DNA of 64,000 nt from Cyanobacteria bacterium auto_48_18 (GCA_036170915.1 JAVHQC010000010.1:128001-192000); one strand, 5' to 3'. Numbered from the stretch's first letter, positions 17,565 to 27,542 are shown. Notes: generated by a model not told the origin, from the letters alone. Numbers and translations: made by a program.

Positions 17565-19274
17565 TTACTTACTTCTCCTGACTTGAAAGCGTTGTGGACT
17601 GGTGGCAGTAAGAGTATCTACAGAGATAAGCCCCGTGGCGTGCAGCAACCTTGCCTGTGACTGTTTGTACCTGACAAATGCCTCAATGCGTCTGCTCAAT
17701 GCATCAATGTAATCTCGCTCAGCTTGAATCACTTCTAAGTTGGTGCCAATCTGATGTGTGATGCGAACGGTAGCCATGCGCAATTGCTCTGTCGCCGATT
17801 GCACCGCTTCTGATGTCACATCGATTTCGGTTTCTGCCGCTCGAGTATCAAGATAAGCATCACGCACTTCGGCACTGATACGCAGCAGCTCTTCTTTTCC
17901 TTCTAAAACAGCCCTGCGAGTGTTCTGCCTTGCAATTAAAATATTACTGGCACTGTCAACTCCGGCTCCGGCAATCAGCCAGTTTAAAATAAAACCACCC
18001 GAATAGCTGCTGTTGGCGCCGCCACTGGAGCCCGTAGTGACACCACCAGCGGCACTGCCACCACCTGTGGGGATAATGACCGTAGAACCGCCGCTGCCAA
18101 GATTGGTTGAGTTGTTGGTAAAGAATGCCGCTCGCGGTAGAAGACCCGACCCAGCAGCGCGTGTGGCATTGCGCGCTGCTAAGCGCAATTCTTCCCACCG
18201 CGCCAGTTCAGGTCTATTCTGAACTGCCAGCGATGTTAGAAATTCTGGTGTTTGCTTTGAATCGACAAGAGGCTGTTTTGTAATTTGATTTTCAGAAGGT
18301 ATCAAATTGACCAGAACACTTTGGTTGAGCACCACGCATAGTTTCAGTGCAGCGCGCCTCAACTCGACTTCTTGCCTGATCAATCTCTGCTTTTCCAGGG
18401 CATAGAGCGTTTTACTCTGCATCACTTCAAAATCAGTTCCCAAACCAGCGGTTTTTAGATCTTTATTGATGGAAAGCTGCGTATTCGCCACTTCTAACGA
18501 TTTCACCCGCAAATCGAGCAGTGCCCAGTTGAGCACCACATCGTAATACTTCAAGTAAGAATCAAGCAAAGCATCGTTTGTATATTTGTACGTAACCTGA
18601 CGCGCTGCGCGCATCTCATGCAATCTTTCCAGTGATGTGAATAATGCACCCCCACCAAGAAAGACCGGGTAAATAAGAGTGATAAAAAACGGCGATGTTC
18701 GCACTTCGGTGCCGCCCGATTTCAAAGTCTGCGGCACATAATTCATTGACATGCTTGGCAAAAACGAGCTGAAAGATCCGATTAGCTTGTAACGAGAGCC
18801 AAGAGCATCAGTTTGCGCAATTTTAATGGGCAAATTATTGTCTCTTGCCAACTGCAATACGTCGCGTAAGCTAACCGGCTGATTGTAAGAAGCCTCCAAC
18901 TTAATGGGCGGCAACTTGTCGGCGCCCACGGGGATAAGATTTTCAGGCGCAGTCTTTTTGAAGTTCAAACGATCTTCCGAGAAGCTGCCAAGTGGGATTT
19001 TCAGATATTTGGATTTATCTGAGAGCACTCCCGGGTCGGCAGGCTCACGACGATTAGGCATGGTGGGAAAGACCGGCGCAACTTCGGCAGGCGCAGGAGC
19101 GGGAGAAGAAGAAGAAGGAGCCGGAGAAGAAGAAGGAGCAGGAGCAAAAGCAGCAGGCTCTTCAGGCTCGATACCTCTGAGCGCAGGAATACTTTCGCCT
19201 TCAGCCAATGCAGGCAACAGCGAGATTAACAAAGCAAGAAAAAGGGAGATGCCCTGTGCAAAACTTCTCGTCAT
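17565..19274 (-). CDS. TolC-family outer membrane efflux protein
   Basis: Signal peptide, Pro/Ser linker, SLRDVLQLA..NN..IK, GLGTDFEV, A..NRPEL, GTNLEVIQAE. It lies directly upstream of the MFP and RND genes. Confidence 0.9.
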   Translation of the reverse strand: MTRSFAQGISLFLALLISLLPALAEGESIPALRGIEPEEPAAFAPAPSSSPAPSSSSPAPAPAEVAPVFPTMPNRREPADPGVLSDKSKYLKIPLGSFSEDRLNFKKTAPENLIPVGADKLPPIKLEASYNQPVSLRDVLQLARDNNLPIKIAQTDALGSRYKLIGSFSSFLPSMSMNYVPQTLKSGGTEVRTSPFFITLIYPVFLGGGALFTSLERLHEMRAARQVTYKYTNDALLDSYLKYYDVVLNWALLDLRVKSLEVANTQLSINKDLKTAGLGTDFEVMQSKTLYALEKQRLIRQEVELRRAALKLCVVLNQSVLVNLIPSENQITKQPLVDSKQTPEFLTSLAVQNRPELARWEELRLAARNATRAAGSGLLPRAAFFTNNSTNLGSGGSTVIIPTGGGSAAGGVTTGSSGGANSSYSGGFILNWLIAGAGVDSASNILIARQNTRRAVLEGKEELLRISAEVRDAYLDTRAAETEIDVTSEAVQSATEQLRMATVRITHQIGTNLEVIQAERDYIDALSRRIEAFVRYKQSQARLLHATGLISVDTLTATSPQRFQVRRSK

Positions 19275-19378
19275 TGTGGGCCACCTGGCCGATGCCGAGC
19301 GTCAACTGTCATGCAAAATTCCCGTGAACTAACGCTTTTAAAGATACTGTAGAGTTCAGATACTACCATCATGATAAG

Positions 19379-19401
19379 TTGCCAAAATTATCTTTTGGCA
19401 A
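19379..19401. promoter_or_regulatory. 9-bp inverted repeat upstream of the TolC-MFP-RND operon (candidate operator)
   Basis: TTGCCAAAA-TTATC-TTTTGGCAA with no U-tract. Confidence 0.4.
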
Positions 19402-19429
19402 TGACACAACCGAAGAAAAATTCGTTGGT

Positions 19430-20608
19430 CTACAAAATCATTTTCACAAGCCTGGCAAGAAGTTCATCAAAGGGATAAACAGTAAGCAAAAGTGGTGAGA
19501 AGGGAAGCAACGATGCCACCGCGTAAGCAATCACTGTTCCTTTGGTGATAATTACTGATTTCATTGACTGCACTACAGCAAAACTGTTTGAAAGATCTGC
19601 CAGCGATTGAATATCAGCGCTACCCAGCAAAGGCTCATCGTCAGACCTTTTACCAGTAATCCATTTTTCGTGAAAATCAGTTGTATATCGATTAGCAAGG
19701 GCGCCATACTCAAGCAGGCCTCTCCTTTTGCAATCAATCAATTTGGGTGAAAATGCCAGTGAGGGAATCAAAAATATTACTGGTGCAAGCAACACCACGG
19801 TGAAAATCAAATATTTGAAAGAGCCTAGTTTAGCGCCTTCGAAAACTATTTCTTCACCGACAAAACTGGCGGCCTGTGCAGCTAGAGCAAAATATAAAAT
19901 GGCAAAATTAGTTTGGGCCACCGAAATGAAACCAAGCCCGCCCATGCGATCAGGATGCGTTGGTGTCACCCGCAGTGCCAGCCTCGAAGTGCGAATAAGC
20001 AACTGAGTCCAGATAACATATTTCCACAGCCACCTAAACCAGAGCAAAGCAATCATCGGCTTAGCAACATACAAATACCAGAGAAAAGCCGCTGTTGGTG
20101 CGGTTCCTGTATCAGTAGCAACCATGCGCCATGAGGTAACATCTTCTGAAAGATTGAGGTTGCCCACGTGCGGACGAATGAATGCCAGCAAAATCAGCAG
20201 AAGTTCTACGCCGACTGAATTTTTATCCTTCACCGCAAGAGCAACATTGTGCTTAAACTTTTCAATATCGGCTTCTGGTAACAACGTACGGAAATTTGCT
20301 GTGACGTAACCCACCCACGGATCGATAATGCTCTCTGCAATGATCAAAAGTGGCAAAACCAGCACAAAGCGACATGCTTCAGAAAAATCGTAAAGAAACG
20401 GCACCTTGAGCGCCGGCGTAATGAAGGTGCCTTGCGAAATAGTTATGAGCGCCAGGGGCACCCAGCTAAGAGCAAAGAAAAATAAAATTCGCAACGCAAT
20501 TCCGGTACGCCCGCTGCGTGCAACGCCGGCTTTCACAAGCAAGCCGTAAAGCGGACCGCCACTGAGAAAAGACGAATCAAAATCACCCAGGGTAATATCT
20601 TTACTCAT
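19430..20608 (-). CDS. Conserved hypothetical multi-pass membrane protein
   Basis: GGPLY, HPDRMGGLGF and LLGSADIQSLADL motifs with many TM segments. The start overlaps the DUF2252 stop. Confidence 0.8.
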   Translation of the reverse strand: MSKDITLGDFDSSFLSGGPLYGLLVKAGVARSGRTGIALRILFFFALSWVPLALITISQGTFITPALKVPFLYDFSEACRFVLVLPLLIIAESIIDPWVGYVTANFRTLLPEADIEKFKHNVALAVKDKNSVGVELLLILLAFIRPHVGNLNLSEDVTSWRMVATDTGTAPTAAFLWYLYVAKPMIALLWFRWLWKYVIWTQLLIRTSRLALRVTPTHPDRMGGLGFISVAQTNFAILYFALAAQAASFVGEEIVFEGAKLGSFKYLIFTVVLLAPVIFLIPSLAFSPKLIDCKRRGLLEYGALANRYTTDFHEKWITGKRSDDEPLLGSADIQSLADLSNSFAVVQSMKSVIITKGTVIAYAVASLLPFSPLLLTVYPFDELLARLVKMIL

Positions 20609-21987
20609 GTCAAGACGCCAGCTTCAGTGGGAAGCCTTTTCGATAGGCATGCTTCGACAAAGAGCTTGTAATCTATGTCTGTCTGTTCTGCATAACACAA
20701 CGCGTAATCAGAGATGGCAGTAGCAAATTTTTCGCTGGTGCCTGTATATTCGCTAATTGCCCTGGCTGCACCAGATTTAGCATGCGCCTTTGCCAATACT
20801 TTGCCGGCAAATCTGGAAATATCCAACACTGTCGACTTTGTCCACATGGCTGGATTGGGTGACAATTTCACATCACGAAGTTGCCGCAGGTAAAAATGTC
20901 GTTCATTGGTGCCGGTAGTCCAACCGAGAAACATATCGCTAGCAGACTGCATCAATCTCTGACCAATAACCACGCGCTCTCCGTGATGCTCAAATACGCT
21001 CTCACCCAGATACGGCTCGAGAACAGACTTATTTGCTTCCTTGACTTGAAGCACGAGCAAGTCGTCATTGCCGCTTACCAGTAAAACTACTCCGCAATAC
21101 GTGCCCACGCTGCCTGTACCAACAACTTTTCTCGCAAGATCTACGATCTCAAAATGGTTTAGAAGGCTTCGTCTATCAGCCGAAAGCGTCTGGAGATAAG
21201 CAGCATATGCCTTACGCACATTTTGCATCTCAAGATCTTCAGTGTGATAAAGCAGCGGTGGAATATCTTTAAAACGCCAGCTGCCAGCTTTTTTCTCGAC
21301 CACTTTCTGATGCAGAACCTCTGGCGAAGATTTTATCAGTTCTTTATCAAGGTACTTTCGAACTCGCTCACGGTCCTCTTTTCTCGAAGACTTGTCGACC
21401 ATCGTGTGAAAATCAAGCTTTGAAAACCACACATCAAGTAATCGTTCGGTGGCATGCTTGGCCATTTCTTTCTGATAGGAGCGCGTCAGCTCAAAAGCTG
21501 CCTTCTCACCAGTTTTTGCAGAGAGGCCAACCGAATTTGAGGCAATAACAAGACTGGCAGCAAGACGCTTTAAGTCCCACTCGAACGGCGCAGGATGGGT
21601 TTCGTCAAAATCATTGAAATCGACAATGACATTGCGCTCCGGTGTAGCAAATGCTCCAAAATTTAAAATATGACAGTCGCCACAACATTGAACGGTGATA
21701 CCAGAATTAGATTCAAAGGCCAGATCATTGGCCATTAATGCTGCAGCACCCCGATAAAAAGTAAAAGGTGAGACCATCATTCGACTGTGCCTGATCGGCA
21801 CTAGAGCCTGGTCGCGACCTTCATTAGTCTGCTCAATAATCTTAACCGGGTCGCGCTTGCTGCGAGCCTGAGGCACCGTAGGACCGGCTTTGTGACCTGA
21901 CGCATTATCAGTTTGATGGTGATGCCTGCCGTGATGCTGCTTTTGTTTAGCCTTAGCCATAAAATTGCCCTTACTGAAGTTCTTCAA
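20605..21987 (-). CDS. DUF2252 family protein (kinase/phosphotransferase-like)
   Basis: LVPIRH.RM..SPFTFYRGAA, CGDCHILNFG, DFNDFDE, WDLKRLAAS, KVVGTGSVG, LQVKEA, RQLRD. Likely start ATG 21960. Confidence 0.92.
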   Translation of the reverse strand: MKNFSKGNFMAKAKQKQHHGRHHHQTDNASGHKAGPTVPQARSKRDPVKIIEQTNEGRDQALVPIRHSRMMVSPFTFYRGAAALMANDLAFESNSGITVQCCGDCHILNFGAFATPERNVIVDFNDFDETHPAPFEWDLKRLAASLVIASNSVGLSAKTGEKAAFELTRSYQKEMAKHATERLLDVWFSKLDFHTMVDKSSRKEDRERVRKYLDKELIKSSPEVLHQKVVEKKAGSWRFKDIPPLLYHTEDLEMQNVRKAYAAYLQTLSADRRSLLNHFEIVDLARKVVGTGSVGTYCGVVLLVSGNDDLLVLQVKEANKSVLEPYLGESVFEHHGERVVIGQRLMQSASDMFLGWTTGTNERHFYLRQLRDVKLSPNPAMWTKSTVLDISRFAGKVLAKAHAKSGAARAISEYTGTSEKFATAISDYALCYAEQTDIDYKLFVEACLSKRLPTEAGVLT

Positions 21988-22104
21988 GATAGCAATAAAC
22001 CATTGTCAGGTAGCATTCTGAATGTAAAAATTGTCACTGGAGCTTTGCTATAGCGCAGCAGATTCCAAGCACTTGTCTCCCTAGGCATCCCTGAGGATTC
22101 GATT

Positions 22105-23046
22105 TTGAATTGTGGCGCACAAAAGTTTTTGATTTACTGTCAGGTAGCCCTGGTGTTGATAATGGTGGCAACTCGGCCAGCCAGTGCTGCCGATAAGGTC
22201 ACCTACTTCAAAGTTGACTTTCCAATCACCAAAGATCCCATAGCTGAAATTAGCTATTCGTTGAGAGATGCTCAAGGCAAGCATCGATTCAGCAAACGAG
22301 CATCAGGCAGATTTACCTTACCAAAAAATGTTGGTCTGACTATCGAATTGCGGCCCGGAATTGTCACGACTCCAACTCTGCTGCGTCAATTATTGCCAGG
22401 CAGGGTGGTAGAAATAAATGCAAACGCTATTGAATTTGGCGACGAACAATTGAAGTATCTGCTCGATTTTCGCAAAATTAAAAAGCTCAGTCTGCGCGGA
22501 ACAGACATAACTGATAAAGCGTTGACTACGGTTGGAACTTTTAGCAATCTAGCCTATCTGAGACTAGATGCGACGTTGCTCACCGGAAAAACATTTTCTG
22601 ATCTACTACCACTGACTAAGCTCGTGAGATTAGATCTGTCTGGCACAAATTTAGAGCGTGGTAGTGTGACAAAACTAAAACCGCTATTTCCGCAGTTGGA
22701 GAATTTGGCCATTAAGAGGTGCCGTTTAACACAGTCGGACATGCCTGCTCTGAACGCCCTGACCAATATCGAGGATCTCGATCTTAGCGCAAATAAAGAA
22801 GTGAACGATGCTAGTTTGAAAAACTTAGTTGGCCTTAAAAAGCTGAGAAAGCTCAATATCGATGAAACATCGATCACGTTCAAAGCACTGGATACTTTGA
22901 AGAGCATGCCGGCTTTGAAGGAAGTCGTGGTGCGTGGCAAGCAGTTTGGTGAGAGAAACTACAAGGCATATTGTCCAGCAATAACTTTTATTGATCCTGC
23001 AGGAAAAAGAGATGTGCCAGTGGAAATTTTTGCACCACTGCATTAA
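22105..23046 (+). CDS. Secreted leucine-rich repeat protein
   Basis: Signal-like N-terminus; LxxLxLxxTxITD repeats (KLSLRGTDITD, RLDLSGTNL, DLDLSANKEVND). Confidence 0.88.
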   Translation: MNCGAQKFLIYCQVALVLIMVATRPASAADKVTYFKVDFPITKDPIAEISYSLRDAQGKHRFSKRASGRFTLPKNVGLTIELRPGIVTTPTLLRQLLPGRVVEINANAIEFGDEQLKYLLDFRKIKKLSLRGTDITDKALTTVGTFSNLAYLRLDATLLTGKTFSDLLPLTKLVRLDLSGTNLERGSVTKLKPLFPQLENLAIKRCRLTQSDMPALNALTNIEDLDLSANKEVNDASLKNLVGLKKLRKLNIDETSITFKALDTLKSMPALKEVVVRGKQFGERNYKAYCPAITFIDPAGKRDVPVEIFAPLH

Positions 23047-23215
23047 TCCAAATTACGCACGATTCAGAATTTAAATCTTAATCGCTGTAACACTTATTTG
23101 TGCAGCACACTACAAACACCAGCCCCCTATGTCAAAACCAGACATATGGCGCTTATAAGCCAGTAAATTGACTTTTTATCTTCCCAGATAACACACAGTA
23201 AGGTCTATTCGTGCC

Positions 23216-24376
23216 ATGCTAGTCATTATAGCTAACGGAAAGCGCAGCTCATCAGGATTGACATTGTCAACTTTACCCCAGACGCTCTTGCACACTATCG
23301 AATCAATATTTCAAGAAATTGGCCTGGGAATTATCGCCACAGACCAGAACGGTGCGCTCATATTCGCCAATCCAGCGGCCTCAGCAATTCTTGGTATCGA
23401 AGGTAATTTAGTTTCGCTGGACAACTGGGTCGAACATTACGGCATTTTTTCTTCTGATGGAATTACGATTTGTTCGCAAAAGGACTCACCGCTAGCCAGG
23501 GCGCTTGCAGGTGAAGAGGCCAACGATCAGCAATTTCTGATTCAAAACAAGTTGGGCGCCGGCAGGTCACTATGGTGCAGCATTAACCTAAAACCACTGC
23601 GGGCCGACAGTGGTGAAGTAAGCGGAGCGCTCTTGCTCTTTCAAGACATTAGCGACAGAAAAAAACTCGCAGAAGAAGTAGCGCGTTCAAACATGGCATT
23701 GCAACAGTTTGCTACCGTCGCCGCTCACGATTTACAAGAGCCACTGCGCTCAATTGCAGGCTTTGCAGACATGCTGGCAGAGTACCAATCAGAACAACTA
23801 GATGAAAAGTCAAAGCGCTGTATGGGCAAGATCAAGGGTGGAGTTACGCGTATGCAAACTCTTATCAATGATCTTCTCGACTATTCTCGAATTCAGACAA
23901 AACCACAAATTCTGCGATTAACAGATTGCAACGCGATCATGAATTCCTGCATCAAAAGTTTGGACGCAAGTATCACTGAACACAAAGCCACTATCAATAT
24001 TGAGTCATTGCCGACAATCATGGCCGATGCCTCCCAAATTTCACAACTTTTGCAAAACCTTGTCGGCAACGCACTTAAATTTACTGCAGCTGACAGACTG
24101 CCGGTAATTACCATCTCAGCACAGCGGCAAGCCGCATATTGGAAATTTACGGTAAAAGACAACGGCATAGGGATCGCACCAGAATTTGCTACGCGAGTGT
24201 TTAGAATTTTCCAGCGGTTGCATACGGCCACTGCCTACCCCGGCACGGGAATTGGGCTGGCCATTTGCCAGACCATTGTAGAGAGGCATGGAGGTCGAAT
24301 TTGGCTGGAATCGGAACCAGGTGTTGGTTCAACTTTTCATTTTACTATTGCCGAACTCAGAAAAAATAAACCATGA
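23216..24376 (+). CDS. PAS-domain sensor histidine kinase (Cph1-like HisKA/HATPase)
   Basis: PAS (FANPAA), AAHDLQEPLR, NLVGNALKF, DNGIGI, FQRLH, GTGIGLAIC. Start may be TTG 23264. Confidence 0.93.
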   Translation: MLVIIANGKRSSSGLTLSTLPQTLLHTIESIFQEIGLGIIATDQNGALIFANPAASAILGIEGNLVSLDNWVEHYGIFSSDGITICSQKDSPLARALAGEEANDQQFLIQNKLGAGRSLWCSINLKPLRADSGEVSGALLLFQDISDRKKLAEEVARSNMALQQFATVAAHDLQEPLRSIAGFADMLAEYQSEQLDEKSKRCMGKIKGGVTRMQTLINDLLDYSRIQTKPQILRLTDCNAIMNSCIKSLDASITEHKATINIESLPTIMADASQISQLLQNLVGNALKFTAADRLPVITISAQRQAAYWKFTVKDNGIGIAPEFATRVFRIFQRLHTATAYPGTGIGLAICQTIVERHGGRIWLESEPGVGSTFHFTIAELRKNKP

Positions 24377-24807
24377 CAGAACTAGTAAATATTTTGATTG
24401 TTGACGACAGCGCAGACGACATTGAGTTCACGCTTGCGGCCTTCCAGGGTACCAAACTAGCTAACACTATCAGCATAGTGAATGACGGCGTAGAAGCAAT
24501 GGCATTTTTGCGAAGAGAAGGTCAGTATGCTTCAGCACCAGAACCATCCTTAGTATTACTCGATTTGAATATGCCAAAGAAAGATGGACGAGAAGTGTTA
24601 TCTGAGATGAAAGCAGATCCTGAATTAAAACACATTCCTGTAGTGATTTTAACAACATCTAAAGCAGAAGAAGACATTATTCGTTCTTACGATCTGCACG
24701 CCAATTGCTACATAACCAAACCAGTTGATCTAAAAGGAATAGCAGAAATCGTGAAATCGATTGACGAATTTTGGTTTGGCGTAGTGCGACTACCGCCGGT
24801 GAGGTGA
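24373..24807 (+). CDS. Single-domain response regulator (Rcp1-like)
   Basis: ILIVDD, LLDLNMPKKDG, IPVVILTTS, ANCYITKP. ATGA overlap with the upstream HK. Confidence 0.95.
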   Translation: MTELVNILIVDDSADDIEFTLAAFQGTKLANTISIVNDGVEAMAFLRREGQYASAPEPSLVLLDLNMPKKDGREVLSEMKADPELKHIPVVILTTSKAEEDIIRSYDLHANCYITKPVDLKGIAEIVKSIDEFWFGVVRLPPVR

Positions 24808-24809
24808 CT

Positions 24810-27071
24810 ATGCAAAACACACGCATCGGTAACAATATGCCTTCCTGCTCGATTCTTTTTGTCGAAGACAACGTTGATGATTTTGAACTGATAGAGCATC
24901 AGCTAAAAAGCGATCATCAGGAAGGCCTGACGATTAAGCACTGCGATTCTCTTGCTTCTGCTCTCGGGCTTCTAAAGCAAGGTGGAATTGATATTATCCT
25001 TCTAGACCTCTCACTTCCTGACAGCCAGGGCATCGCGACTGTCAAAGAAGTACGGCAAGCCGCTCCTACTGTTCCCATAATTGTTTTAAGCGGAACTACT
25101 GATAGTGCTGTCGCCTTTGAATCTTTGAAGTATGGTGCCGAAGATTATTTGCTCAAAGACGCTTCAGACTTGCGCTCCTTAAACCGCTCAATTAACTATG
25201 CCCTGACAAGAAACGAGGCAAGAGCATCTAATGAAAGGCTGGCAACCATAGTGGAGGCCTCTGACGATGCGATTATCGGCAAAACACTAAACGGAACAAT
25301 CACCAGCTGGAACAAAGGAGCGTCTTTACTTTTTGGTTATAGCGCAGAAGAGGCCACCGGACAATCAATTTCAATGCTCATGCCCACAGAGTTAAGCACT
25401 GAAATGCAACTGATTCTAGAGGCCATTGCTAAGGGTGAAACTATCCGTAACCGCGAAACAGTGCGCGTTAACAAAAGCGGCGAGCGTATTGACATTTCGG
25501 CGACAATATCGCCAATCAGGAGCTCCAATGGCACCATAAGTGGTGCGGCCTCCATAGACCGTGACATCACAGATCGGCAAAAGGCTCAGCGAATACTTCA
25601 GGAAAGTGAGGAGCGCTATCGCCTCTTAGTCGCAGGCGTGAAGGATTATGCCATTTACATGCTTGACGCAAATGGTTTGGTAGAAAGCTGGAATGAAGGC
25701 GCCAAACAGATCAAGGGGTATGAAGCCACCGAAGTTATAGGCCAACATTTTTCTATTTTCTACACTGCAGAAGAACGCCAACTAGGCCTTCCCGAGGCTC
25801 ACCTAAAAACTGCAATAACCACTGGCAGGTACGAAGAGCAGTGCTGGCGCACACGCAAAAACGGGTCATTATTCTATGCTGATATAGTAATAGCACCGCT
25901 ATTCATGGCGTCTGGTGAGTTGCGCGGATTTACTAAAATCACTCGAGATATTTCTGAACGCAGATTGGCTCAGCTAGAAATTATCGATGCGAGATTAAGA
26001 TTAAGTCTGGCACTTCAAGCGGCATCTGTTGGAGTATGGGATTTTGATCTCGTGAAAAATACAGTGTGGCGCTCATTGCAACACGACGAAATTTTCGGTC
26101 ATCATGACCCTGTACCAGACTGGAACTTCGAAATTTTTGCAACTTATTGCCATCCAGAAGATCGCGAAGGCGCGAGGGAAGCATTTAAAAATGGATTGGA
26201 AACTGGAGATTTCAGGATGCAGTGCCGAATCGTGCGAGCTAATGACAGAGCCGTACGCTGGATTTCTGTACTTGGAGAAACATTTAAAAACGAACTTGGT
26301 GAGCCTATTCGAATGATGGGAACAGTGGCTGACATTACCGACTTTAAAAATCAAGAAGAGCATAAGTCTACGCTAGCACTAATGAATGAACGCGAAGACT
26401 TTATTGCCACTCTCACGCACGACATGAAAAATCCTCTCATGGGAGCCAATCGATTATTTGACTTTTTCATCGCCGGTAATTTTGGTGCCCTGAGCGATCA
26501 ACAGCTTGAAATTATGCAATGCCTTAAAGACAGCAACACTGATTTACTCAAGTTGATAGCCGATCTGATGGATGTTTACAGGATGGAGAAAGCTGCAAAC
26601 TCATTAACGATTGACACCTGCAACCTCGCAGAAATCATCACTACCTGCCTCAATCACATTATTCCCTTTAGCAAGCTTCGCTCGATCACAATCACGTCAG
26701 ACTGCCCAGAATCTCTAACCGTTAACGCCGACAAGAACAAACTCGAAAGAGTGATGCAAAACTTACTTGGCAATGCCTTAAAATTTGCTCCTGATGGAGG
26801 CACCATTAAAGTCAGACTGCTAAAGTCTAGCGAAAATACGATAATCGAAATAGAAGATAACGGAGCCGGCATCGAACCTGATGAGCTACCTCGTCTGTTT
26901 AAGCGCTTTTCGCAAGGTCATGCTGGACAACGATACAATGGGGGCACCGGTCTCGGGCTCTATTTATGCAAACAAATTGTCGAGGCTCATGGCGGAACAA
27001 TTGAATGCACCAGTGAGCCCAATCGCTTCACAATTTTTCGAGTCACTCTACCAACGCAGTTAAGGGTTTAG
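24810..27071 (+). CDS. Hybrid histidine kinase (receiver-PAS-PAS-PAS-HisKA-HATPase)
   Basis: VEDN, LLDLSLPD; three PAS/PAC units; THDMKNP; NLLGNALKF; GTGLGLYLC. ATG 24810 follows GAGGTG. Confidence 0.93.
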   Translation: MQNTRIGNNMPSCSILFVEDNVDDFELIEHQLKSDHQEGLTIKHCDSLASALGLLKQGGIDIILLDLSLPDSQGIATVKEVRQAAPTVPIIVLSGTTDSAVAFESLKYGAEDYLLKDASDLRSLNRSINYALTRNEARASNERLATIVEASDDAIIGKTLNGTITSWNKGASLLFGYSAEEATGQSISMLMPTELSTEMQLILEAIAKGETIRNRETVRVNKSGERIDISATISPIRSSNGTISGAASIDRDITDRQKAQRILQESEERYRLLVAGVKDYAIYMLDANGLVESWNEGAKQIKGYEATEVIGQHFSIFYTAEERQLGLPEAHLKTAITTGRYEEQCWRTRKNGSLFYADIVIAPLFMASGELRGFTKITRDISERRLAQLEIIDARLRLSLALQAASVGVWDFDLVKNTVWRSLQHDEIFGHHDPVPDWNFEIFATYCHPEDREGAREAFKNGLETGDFRMQCRIVRANDRAVRWISVLGETFKNELGEPIRMMGTVADITDFKNQEEHKSTLALMNEREDFIATLTHDMKNPLMGANRLFDFFIAGNFGALSDQQLEIMQCLKDSNTDLLKLIADLMDVYRMEKAANSLTIDTCNLAEIITTCLNHIIPFSKLRSITITSDCPESLTVNADKNKLERVMQNLLGNALKFAPDGGTIKVRLLKSSENTIIEIEDNGAGIEPDELPRLFKRFSQGHAGQRYNGGTGLGLYLCKQIVEAHGGTIECTSEPNRFTIFRVTLPTQLRV

Positions 27072-27078
27072 TGTTTCC

Positions 27079-27498
27079 GTGAGTAATGCAATTTCAATTT
27101 GTGAAAATCCAGGAGAGTGCAACCTGGTTCTCGTGGAAGACGACAAACTTCTTCTCATAGTGCTGGCATAGCAACTCAAAACAGCCGGATTTAAATTTTG
27201 TACAGCTGCAAATGGTCACGAGGCTCTGGCCCTTCTAAGGTCTCACCATCCAAAAGTTTTGATACTCGACGTTTCTTTGCCGGGGCTGACAGGGTTTGAC
27301 CTGGTCGAAAAAATTCGCACGGAGCCTGACCTTAGTGATTTAGCCACCACCAAAATCATTGTTCATACGTCGCGCGATTTAACTTCGGCTGAAGAAAATC
27401 GCCTCTCGCTGGGACACACCATTTTCATAACTAAGACAAAAGCATCATTTGAACTTGCTGCGATCGTTGCCCAGTGCTTTCAAGATAGCGCTGTATAG
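27079..27498 (+). pseudogene. Receiver-domain response regulator interrupted by an in-frame TAG (27169-27171)
   Basis: From GTG 27079: MSNAISICENPGECNLVLVEDDKLLLIVLA*QLKTAGFKFCTAANGHEALALLRSHHPKVLILDVSLPGLTG...HTS...FITK. Confidence 0.8.
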
Positions 27499-27507
27499 CG
27501 CTGTATA
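27485..27507 (+). repeat. 10-bp tandem duplication at the end of the receiver gene
   Basis: ATAGCGCTGT ATAGCGCTGT ATA. Confidence 0.7.
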
Positions 27508-27542
27508 AGCGTTGAAGGCATCATGGTTCACTCGCTTCCGTT

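Noticed and set aside
13494..18222. Many antisense and alternate-frame ORFs of 60-190 aa inside the RND, MFP and TolC genes (also 43072-46757 and elsewhere)
   Set aside because: They are shadow ORFs of strongly supported genes and have no motifs of their own.
23216..24807. Phytochrome (Cph1-Rcp1) light sensor
   Set aside because: The HK has a single PAS and no PAS-GAF-PHY chromophore module. HK-RR-hybrid HK triads of this type are widespread.
27169..27171. Pyrrolysine or genome-wide TAG recoding
   Set aside because: Many clearly complete genes here (ogt, aqpZ, MFP genes) terminate at TAG, and no pyl genes are present in the window.
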